A DNA stretch of 64,000 nucleotides, taken from assembly GCA_002497295.1 (NCBI GenBank), contig DANO01000025.1, positions 71,098-135,097 on the forward strand, written 5' to 3'. The translations under genes were made by a program, and so were the position numbers. Positions 1 to 7,090 of the stretch are shown piece by piece. A model generated the notes under the pieces. That model was not told the origin of the DNA and did not search any database. It saw only the letters and a program-made list of their open reading frames with translations. This stretch comes from Euryarchaeota archaeon UBA171. GTDB taxonomy: Archaea; Thermoplasmatota; Poseidoniia; Poseidoniales; Thalassarchaeaceae. Numbering within the stretch: the stretch's first letter is position 1; each line of letters starts with the position of its first letter.

Positions 1-2025
1 ATATGCAGAAAACGAGTAGGCAGGCGCGAGTCCCGCTGCTGCGCCTTTATGCATCTTGCCCATGGGGGGAGTCCTGTACGAACCCGACGCAACAAGTGCG
101 CCACGATCTTCTTGTGCCTTGTGAAGAGCTTCAAGATAGGAAATCCCGATCGATGGATCGTCTTTGTTGAACACTCGCCTGTCTCCGATTACGATTCTCT
201 TTTCATCAGCACCCGTTATTTCCGATGCCGCCTTGATCAACTCAGAACGAATCTGCATAGCAGCCGACACAGCAGCATTCGCATTCATGAAAGTAACACG
301 GCTAGAGTACGATCCAAGATCGACGGGAGAAGTATCTGATTCTCTTGACCTTATTCTTATCATGTCCATCGGCAAACCAAGGACTTCAGCAACAGATTGC
401 GCGACAACTGTGTCAGAGCCCTGGCCAATATCAGCTGCACCCGTGTGTATTGTCACCCCTCCATCCATGTCGATTTTCAGATGGACAGTGGCGTGAGGGA
501 ATTTGTTCGGATCCCAGTGAATTGGGAGGCCGCTTCCAGAGATAAAGAAGCCACATCCCACGCCTATCCCTTTTCCGAGGGGCATCTTCCTGAATTTTTC
601 ATCCCAGCCCGATTCTGCCCGAACCCTTTCGAGACATTCCCTCATGCCCATCGAAGTGATCCGGAAGCCAGTTATCGTTGCAGAGTGGGGTGGGAGCAGG
701 TTGGCAAGCCTCAAATCTATCGGGTCCACTCCAAGTTTTTCTGAAATATCGTCTATACCTACTTCCACAGCACACCTGGAGTTAACGGCACCATGGCCTC
801 TCATCGCCCCGCTTGCCGGTTTGTTCGTCCAAACCCTGGCTCCCGTGTAATGAAATGCCCCAATTTCATATGGTGCTGTGTGAAGTACGCCATTGTAGTA
901 CGTGGTGACATGCCCAAAAGATGCAAATCCACCTCCATCAATCAATGCATCCGTTTCTATCCCGCTGAACCGACCTTCATCATCGGCATGAATGGCCATG
1001 GATATCTTTGACGGGTGCCTACCTCGATTGGTCCAGAATACCTCCTCCCGGTCAAAGGTTATCCTGACAGGACGACCGGTCTTCCGAGCGAGAATAGCTG
1101 CACACATTTCATGGGGGAAGGGGTCCGATTTACCCCCAAAACCCCCTCCTACAAACGTCCTATAGACGTTAATTTGGTGCATCGGTATCTCAAGTACGTC
1201 CGCCAATGCGCGGTGCACGTAGTGGGGAACTTGTTGGGGCGTGTAGAGGGTTAGCCGTCCACGAGGGTCCCAGTGTGCGACAACTGCATGCGGCTCTGTA
1301 AATCCGTGATTTACTCCCTTGAATGTCCACGAACTCTCGTGCGATGCGATCGAATCTCCAATACTTTGAATTCTGCCGAATTTTTGGAATACCCGCTTTT
1401 GTACATTTGATTCTCCGATATGGTATCGACCCCTGTCATGAATTGGGTTATCTGAATCCTTCAAACCATCTTTTATGTCGAATATGGGTTCCAAATTTTC
1501 GTACTCGATACGGATAGAATTAGCAGCCAGACGAGCTGTGTCCTCATCTTCGGCCGCTACACATGCAACGATGTCGCCAATATGGCGAACTTTCTCTACG
1601 GCCATCGCATGCTCATCTTTCGTGACTGGCAGAACTCCGAAAGCATGGGGCGCGTCCTCTCCCGTTGCAATGCCAAGAACCCCTGGAATAGCTTCAGCCT
1701 CGCTAGCATCTATCGACAAAACCCTCGCATAATGCCGATCGGTACGTACAAGACGCCCGATTATCTCACCAGGAAGACGGATATCATCACCATACAACGC
1801 TTGTCCGGTCACTTTCCATTTGCTATCTATCAGAGGAGTACGCTTTCCAATCACTCTTCCTGTTACGAGGTCATCATGCCGATGTGGGCCCCATGGCTGG
1901 GGTAGTTCGCCACCTTGACTTTCCGGTATTCTCGCCGACCCTCTCTTTTCTGAGATGGGCGAGGAACCGCCTGAACCCGGACGCGTGAAGTCAAGCTTCC
2001 CTGGTTGTTGTCTGTAACCGACCAT
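1..2025 (-). CDS. Molybdopterin-dependent hydroxylase large subunit (xanthine dehydrogenase / aldehyde oxidoreductase / CoxL family), C-terminus cut by window edge
   Basis: Absent from the ORF track because it runs off the window. My reverse-complement translation from the ATG at 2025 is open for 675 codons to position 1 (MVGYRQQPGK...SFSAY). Family hallmarks are RTFVGGGFGGKSD, ASGAMRGHG and GAADIGQGSDT. It lies 26 nt downstream of the 2Fe-2S subunit gene. Confidence 0.85.
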   Translation of the reverse strand, partial: MVGYRQQPGKLDFTRPGSGGSSPISEKRGSARIPESQGGELPQPWGPHRHDDLVTGRVIGKRTPLIDSKWKVTGQALYGDDIRLPGEIIGRLVRTDRHYARVLSIDASEAEAIPGVLGIATGEDAPHAFGVLPVTKDEHAMAVEKVRHIGDIVACVAAEDEDTARLAANSIRIEYENLEPIFDIKDGLKDSDNPIHDRGRYHIGESNVQKRVFQKFGRIQSIGDSIASHESSWTFKGVNHGFTEPHAVVAHWDPRGRLTLYTPQQVPHYVHRALADVLEIPMHQINVYRTFVGGGFGGKSDPFPHEMCAAILARKTGRPVRITFDREEVFWTNRGRHPSKISMAIHADDEGRFSGIETDALIDGGGFASFGHVTTYYNGVLHTAPYEIGAFHYTGARVWTNKPASGAMRGHGAVNSRCAVEVGIDDISEKLGVDPIDLRLANLLPPHSATITGFRITSMGMRECLERVRAESGWDEKFRKMPLGKGIGVGCGFFISGSGLPIHWDPNKFPHATVHLKIDMDGGVTIHTGAADIGQGSDTVVAQSVAEVLGLPMDMIRIRSRESDTSPVDLGSYSSRVTFMNANAAVSAAMQIRSELIKAASEITGADEKRIVIGDRRVFNKDDPSIGISYLEALHKAQEDRGALVASGSYRTPPMGKMHKGAAAGLAPAYSFSAY

Positions 2026-2051
2026 CTCTTTCTTGTCTTTTGACACCCAAA

Positions 2052-2663
2052 TCAGCCTCCATATTCGGGATCCGGATTACTTGCTGGACGAGTAGTCGAA
2101 ACCAACCTTTCATTAGATGTAATGATCTCAGAGGCTTCCATTATCGAATCCACAATTTGCTGATACCCCGTGCACCGGCAGAGATTCCCCTCTATAGCGC
2201 CCGCGGCCTCTTCTCTTGTAGGTGAGGGATTTGATTCTAACAGCGCAGCGCAGACAACTAAAAAGCCAGGGGTACAAAACCCGCATTGACTTCCGCCGCA
2301 TTCTGCAAACATGGTTTGTATAGGGTGTAGGTGATGACCATCCGCGAGACCTTCCACAGTAGTGATTTCACAGCCTTCCGCTTCTACTGCAAGAGTCATG
2401 CATGACAACTTAGGCTCCCCATCGATAAGAACTGAACAGCATCCGCATGTGCCCATATCACAGCCTCTTTTCGCTCCGAGTGTGCCGACGCCATCTCTCA
2501 ATACGTCAAGAAGAATGTCGTGATCTCTGATGATTATTTGGCGGCTCTTTCCATTGACAGAGGCTGCCCATGCCCTAGTGGAAACCCCATTTTCGACAGG
2601 AAGGGGGCGAGCGACCATGCAACCACCCGGGGTCGGTGGTGTAAGAGAGTTAGGGCTATTCAA
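2052..2663 (-). CDS. [2Fe-2S]-binding small subunit of a molybdenum hydroxylase (CoxS/XdhC-iron-sulfur type)
   Basis: Both cluster motifs are present: GCDMGTCGCCSVLIDG...SC and CGFCTPGF...LCRCTGY. About 40 extra N-terminal residues and a roughly 25-residue C-terminal tail are non-canonical, so the true start may be internal. Confidence 0.9.
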   Translation of the reverse strand: MNSPNSLTPPTPGGCMVARPLPVENGVSTRAWAASVNGKSRQIIIRDHDILLDVLRDGVGTLGAKRGCDMGTCGCCSVLIDGEPKLSCMTLAVEAEGCEITTVEGLADGHHLHPIQTMFAECGGSQCGFCTPGFLVVCAALLESNPSPTREEAAGAIEGNLCRCTGYQQIVDSIMEASEIITSNERLVSTTRPASNPDPEYGG

Positions 2664-3307
2664 CCAAGGTCATCTGCAACCTTGCCCATGATGATATTCT
2701 CAATTAGTTTGAGATGTCCCCCCATGGTCGATCTAGCCATGCCCATTGTTTCTGCAAGATCCTTCACACTTATTTTTCTCTCTTCGGAATAGTATCCCAT
2801 ATCTATTGCGCATCGAAGGACCTCTACTTGACGTTCAGTAAGCAGATTTCTCCACAATCTCGGGCCATCGGCCTTAACTGGCTGAATGCTTATTGAGTCC
2901 CATGGCATCATGAGTTTCAGTAATTCAATCAGCCTCTTCATCGAATCGGTACGCCCAGTAAAGTTGAGCTCAAGCCCCTCTGAATCGAGGCCATATGGCG
3001 GATGCAGATGAATTTTCTCAAGATCAAGCATCATCATGGGCAAGGTGTGTGTAAGGTTCACTGATGCCAGAAATGTTCCCGTGTCTGCATCTGTCTCATG
3101 AACTTCGATAAGATCGAATGTGGAGATTTGCATCACATCATCCAAGACTCCGGAATGAGGTTTGATTTCTGCAAGATGCTCAATACCATCCGTACCCAAT
3201 TTCAGATGAGCAAGAATTTCATAACTCTCAACTTTGTCCATCAACTGCCTGAATTCCTCGATCCCTTCGAGCCCACTCCTGTCCCATCGAAGTCTGACCC
3301 GCCTCAC
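2660..3307 (-). CDS. HTH_10 (bacterio-opsin-activator-type) transcriptional regulator
   Basis: The C-terminal LTERQVEVLRCAIDMGYYSEERKISVKDLAETMGMARSTMGGHLKLIENIIMGK is a typical archaeal HTH_10 domain. It has a GTG start, and its stop overlaps the start of the 2Fe-2S gene by 4 nt. Confidence 0.7.
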   Translation of the reverse strand: MRRVRLRWDRSGLEGIEEFRQLMDKVESYEILAHLKLGTDGIEHLAEIKPHSGVLDDVMQISTFDLIEVHETDADTGTFLASVNLTHTLPMMMLDLEKIHLHPPYGLDSEGLELNFTGRTDSMKRLIELLKLMMPWDSISIQPVKADGPRLWRNLLTERQVEVLRCAIDMGYYSEERKISVKDLAETMGMARSTMGGHLKLIENIIMGKVADDLG

Positions 3308-3398
3308 ATGCTACCTTCTACAGTCACAGATATGAAACTAGTAGTCCAACAACGGCAACCGGACATCAACAAGGAAACCATCTGACTTCTTGTGAAAT

Positions 3399-4208
3399 TC
3401 AGGGATCAGATCTCATGATGTGAATTATCTCGCTACAAACTGAGAACGCAATCTCTTCCACAGTAACTGCATCGATTGGCACCCCTATCGGACATCGGAC
3501 ATCATCTATTTTCTGTGCAGGGGCCCCTGCTGATTTGGCAGATTTCGCGAATGCCCTCCATTTGGTTTTGGAACCGATACAGCCTATTCTCGGCATTTCC
3601 TCACCCTCCATGGTTAGAAAGCCGACAAGTAGACGTTCATCTATCGACCAGTCGTGCCCTAGGAGTAATATATCTGAGAATCTCCCTAAAGATGTTACAT
3701 TTTCTAATTTGAGAAATTGTTCTGCTTTGAGTAAAATAAGCTCTTCTGCATCAGGAAATTTACTCTCAGAGACAAATTCTTTCCTTTCATCAAATACACT
3801 GTAACTCCAACCAAGGAGGCCACATGCTTCGCTTATCGCTTGTGCCACATGCCCGCCCCCCATTAGGAGTAGGTGGGGTTTAGGCTCCAACTTCTCGAAC
3901 GCCACAATTACCCTGCCCCCGCATAGACTGTTGAGGTTAGTGGTAGAAGCATCTTCATTTTCCTTTGAAAGAACAAATGTCTCGACTCCCCCAATCCCTC
4001 CTTCAAGCATGTCTCTTAGCCGAGCCTCAACCTTCATCTCGAGACCAGCGCCACCCACTGTGCCATGAATCAAACCGCTCGAGGATAATGCCATCTTCGC
4101 ACCCACCTTTGCAGGAACGCTACCATTAGACTCCACAATTGAGGCCATAGCGACGCTTTCTAACTTTGCGAGTTGCCCTAAAGACCACTCCAGAGTCCTC
4201 GCCCCCAT
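3399..4208 (-). CDS. XdhC/CoxI-family molybdenum-hydroxylase maturation protein
   Basis: The N-terminal domain reads VAMASIVESNGSVPAKVGAKMAL. The Rossmann part reads HLLLMGGGHVAQAISEACGLLGWSYSVFDERKEF. The ORF track extends to a TTG at 4274; I prefer the ATG at 4208 (MGARTLEW). Confidence 0.8.
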   Translation of the reverse strand: MGARTLEWSLGQLAKLESVAMASIVESNGSVPAKVGAKMALSSSGLIHGTVGGAGLEMKVEARLRDMLEGGIGGVETFVLSKENEDASTTNLNSLCGGRVIVAFEKLEPKPHLLLMGGGHVAQAISEACGLLGWSYSVFDERKEFVSESKFPDAEELILLKAEQFLKLENVTSLGRFSDILLLGHDWSIDERLLVGFLTMEGEEMPRIGCIGSKTKWRAFAKSAKSAGAPAQKIDDVRCPIGVPIDAVTVEEIAFSVCSEIIHIMRSDP

Positions 4209-4302
4209 ACTATAACGCACACTCACATTGTCTTTTTCAGTTACGGAAATAACAAGTCTCAGGATTGGGAACAAATAAGACCGCCATGCTTCTGACCGGA
4301 AC

Positions 4303-5505
4303 GTGAGTCAGACGCTGGATATTGTCATCACTGCTATGCGGGATGCATTCCTTGCCGTCACGGTATTCGTTGCCGCAATGGTGCTCCTATTCAGCTGGCT
4401 ACAGTACCTAACTGCTGGAAGATTCGTTGAATGGATAAGATCAAGTCGAAAGTGGCAGCCGCTTATTGGGGCTCTTATGGGCCTCACTCCTGGATGTGGT
4501 GGCGCCATCATTATGATGCCAATGTATGCAAGAGGGTATGTCACATACGGCACTGTTCTATCTACGTTGATTGCCACTCTCGGGGATTCCGCGTTCGTTC
4601 TTTTCGGAGCGACAATACAAGACCCATCACTCCTGGAGCCTGTTCTTGCAGTCCACTTGATATCATTCATTGCTGGAGTGTCGTGGGGGTATGGTGCAGA
4701 TTATCTTGAGATTACGCCATCTAGACCCTTGGGCCGACTCAGTTTTCGCAATGCCAATCAAACTACTGAGACGGGCGACCAAGAAGAAATTATCGACGAA
4801 AACCTCGATATAATCTCCAGTTTCCCTCGTGAAGAACCAGGGACGCTATCGTATCGCATTGTACATAGTGGATACAGAGTCTGGTGGGCAGTCACATCTG
4901 TCGGACTGGTACTCGGTATAATGCTGATTTTCTGGTTCGCCGAGGATCCAAACTACTCGCCGGAAATTGTATGGGACATATCGACGAGAGATGGCATACT
5001 CACATGGGTCGGTACAATCGGCACCACTCTCTCTATTATCCTATATCTTGCTTCCAAGAGCTTTTTTGCAGATGATACGGAGGCAACAATCGGAGATAAG
5101 TTGAATTCTCTCGACGAGACTCTGACCCATGCTGCCTCAGAGACAGCATTCGTGACTTTTTGGGTTCTTTCTGCGTATCTTGTATTCGAGGTTGCTATGT
5201 CTCTAGGCGGCATATCCGAGTCAGATTTAGCTTCGAATGGCGATGGCGCAATGGCGGTTGTTGTCGCTGCTTCCATAGGGCTGATACCTGGGTGCGGGCC
5301 TCAGATAATCGCGATAACGTCATACATAGAAGGAATCATTTCATTCCCTGCATTAGTGGCAAACGCGATATCGCAGGATGGTGATGCCTTGTTTCCTCTC
5401 TTAGTACGCCACCGAACAGCGTCTCTGTGGGCCACAGTTCACACTCTGTTGCCCGGATTGGCCTCTGGCCTAATATTGCTCTGGATGGGCGTCGACTTTC
5501 CATGA
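4303..5505 (+). CDS. Polytopic membrane protein with duplicated xPGCG motifs; putative metal/metalloid transporter (function uncertain)
   Basis: A 400-aa hydrophobic ORF with a GTG start. Its two halves carry GLTPGCGGAIIMMP and GLIPGCGPQIIAIT, separated by an acidic loop. From memory it resembles the putative 10-TM heavy-metal exporter (ArsP_2-like) family. This was not verified. Confidence 0.55.
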   Translation: MSQTLDIVITAMRDAFLAVTVFVAAMVLLFSWLQYLTAGRFVEWIRSSRKWQPLIGALMGLTPGCGGAIIMMPMYARGYVTYGTVLSTLIATLGDSAFVLFGATIQDPSLLEPVLAVHLISFIAGVSWGYGADYLEITPSRPLGRLSFRNANQTTETGDQEEIIDENLDIISSFPREEPGTLSYRIVHSGYRVWWAVTSVGLVLGIMLIFWFAEDPNYSPEIVWDISTRDGILTWVGTIGTTLSIILYLASKSFFADDTEATIGDKLNSLDETLTHAASETAFVTFWVLSAYLVFEVAMSLGGISESDLASNGDGAMAVVVAASIGLIPGCGPQIIAITSYIEGIISFPALVANAISQDGDALFPLLVRHRTASLWATVHTLLPGLASGLILLWMGVDFP

Positions 5506-6042
5506 AGACTCTATGTCGGGCCATTTTGATTTGAGCATCTGAACATCGGCTTCCGTATCTATATTGAGATTCATATGGGGGTCCTCTACTTCGAACCTCA
5601 TAGGAGCACAGAGGCTACTGAGAGGCGTATCTGGTAGTGCATGCTTGACCGCTTCTATAGATGCCTCGTCAAGAAGTATGGGATGGCCTCCTCTGCCACC
5701 ATTCGATGGGCAGGTACAAACTTCAGAGTCAATAAGGCGTCTGAGAGTTTGGGATGAGAAGCCGGGCCGATCCACCGGCGCTACTATGGCACGCTTTGGC
5801 CATCTAAGAGCCGTAAGACCACATTTTATCGATCCTGTTCTACCGCTATCGGGATCAGAATTAACACAATTAATGGCGCCAAAAAGTGGCACTTCGTCTT
5901 CATCCCACTGCGTAGAGCTAACGACGCAGACCCTAAGCCCATGACTCATCATCATCTGAGCCATTGCTGAGACAAGAGGCCTACCCCCAACTTCAATCAA
6001 AGCTTTGTCCCTGCCAAGTCTTCGACTGAAGCCTCCTGCCAA
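5470..6042 (-). CDS. MobA/MocA-like molybdenum cofactor nucleotidyltransferase
   Basis: The N-terminus LAGGFSRRLGRDKALIEVGGRPLV is the NTP_transf_3 signature. It has a TTG start, and the frame stays open upstream (..NYCII), so the true start is uncertain. The 3' end overlaps the converging membrane-protein gene. Confidence 0.8.
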   Translation of the reverse strand: MAGGFSRRLGRDKALIEVGGRPLVSAMAQMMMSHGLRVCVVSSTQWDEDEVPLFGAINCVNSDPDSGRTGSIKCGLTALRWPKRAIVAPVDRPGFSSQTLRRLIDSEVCTCPSNGGRGGHPILLDEASIEAVKHALPDTPLSSLCAPMRFEVEDPHMNLNIDTEADVQMLKSKWPDIESSWKVDAHPEQY

Positions 6043-6079
6043 GATTATGCAATAATTTTCTGATGATTTATCCAGTATA

Positions 6080-7033
6080 TCACGACCCCATGAAGAGGCG
6101 AATTATGTATGCTCCATATCCAACAAGCATGAGCCCCCCCAGAGGGCGGGAAAGACCCTTTCCGATGAGTATCGAGCAGGCCGCAAGTCCCGAGCTGGCC
6201 ACAAGCACCCATATGTCCAAATCCAAGAACGAATCAGCAATTCCGATTCCGCCGCCGACTATCGAACCTATGCTGAGTACTGCCATCACATTTGCAACAT
6301 TCGACCCAAGTATGTTGCCTATAGCTACGCCTTGCACACCACGTAATGATGCGGTTATCGTGACTGCAAGTTCTGGTAAAGAGGTTCCAAATGCAACCAA
6401 CGTGAGGCCGATAACAGTCTCAGGAACACCCATCGATATGGCAACCCCCTCGCCCCCTTCTATCAGAAAGTCAGATCCATATTTCACCAAAACTAGACCT
6501 CCGATAAATGCAATAGAAGCAATACCCATGCCGCCTGGAATCCACGATTCTCCATCCTCGCTCGAGTCCTCTCCTCTTGTTTTCAGGATGTATGCGAAGT
6601 AGACGCCCATCGAAAATATCGACATCACTCCCAACCATGCAGGGAACTCGCCCAATAGAGTCGCTCCAAGGACTACCCCCGTCGCGACTAGTAGCATCAA
6701 TGCATCTTCTCGAAGATTTTTGTCGGGCTTGGATGTTGCACCAAGAATAATTGCTATTGAAAGGACGAGCATCACATTGGCGATATTCGACCCCAACACC
6801 CCTCCAACAGCCAAATCAACAGACTCTTCCGTGCCTCGGCTTAACGCGTTCAAAACAACTCCTAGCTCAGGAAGACTCGTACCAATTGCAACTAATGTGA
6901 AACCCACTAGGAACGAAGGCATACCAAAATGGCTTGCTATTTTCATTGATCCTTGAACCACCGCCTCTCCTCCAAATACTAGGAGTATGAGGCCAATACA
7001 AAGGAGGACCTCGTCCGGAAGTCCCCCGATCAT
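6080..7033 (-). CDS. Na+/Ca2+ exchanger family (CaCA, YrbG-like) membrane protein
   Basis: Two alpha-repeat signatures are present (GTSLPELGVVLNA and GTSLPELAVTITA), with about 10 hydrophobic segments and an acidic central loop. Confidence 0.85.
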   Translation of the reverse strand: MIGGLPDEVLLCIGLILLVFGGEAVVQGSMKIASHFGMPSFLVGFTLVAIGTSLPELGVVLNALSRGTEESVDLAVGGVLGSNIANVMLVLSIAIILGATSKPDKNLREDALMLLVATGVVLGATLLGEFPAWLGVMSIFSMGVYFAYILKTRGEDSSEDGESWIPGGMGIASIAFIGGLVLVKYGSDFLIEGGEGVAISMGVPETVIGLTLVAFGTSLPELAVTITASLRGVQGVAIGNILGSNVANVMAVLSIGSIVGGGIGIADSFLDLDIWVLVASSGLAACSILIGKGLSRPLGGLMLVGYGAYIIRLFMGS

Positions 7034-7090
7034 GATATGTCCGCAACGCCCAGTGGCATATAAGAAGCGGATGATTTCTCACTCGACCAT

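Noticed and set aside
49-2040. A ladder of plus-strand ORFs of 60-115 aa covers the first 2 kb of the ORF track.
   Set aside because: The minus strand is open for 675 codons across the same region and encodes a clear Mo-hydroxylase large subunit. The plus-strand ORFs are antisense artefacts.
2052-2066. The 2Fe-2S subunit and the SOUL-family protein (stop at 27379) both end in the identical C-terminal tetrapeptide EYGG. An E1-like UbaA/MoeB enzyme that acts on GG-termini is also in the window.
   Set aside because: The idea is tempting (diglycine tails as E1 substrates). However, neither protein is a small ubiquitin-like fold at its C-terminus. In the SOUL case the GAATATGG codons coincide with the start region of the overlapping downstream gene. 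Two occurrences cannot be separated from chance without a genome-wide count of EYGG termini.
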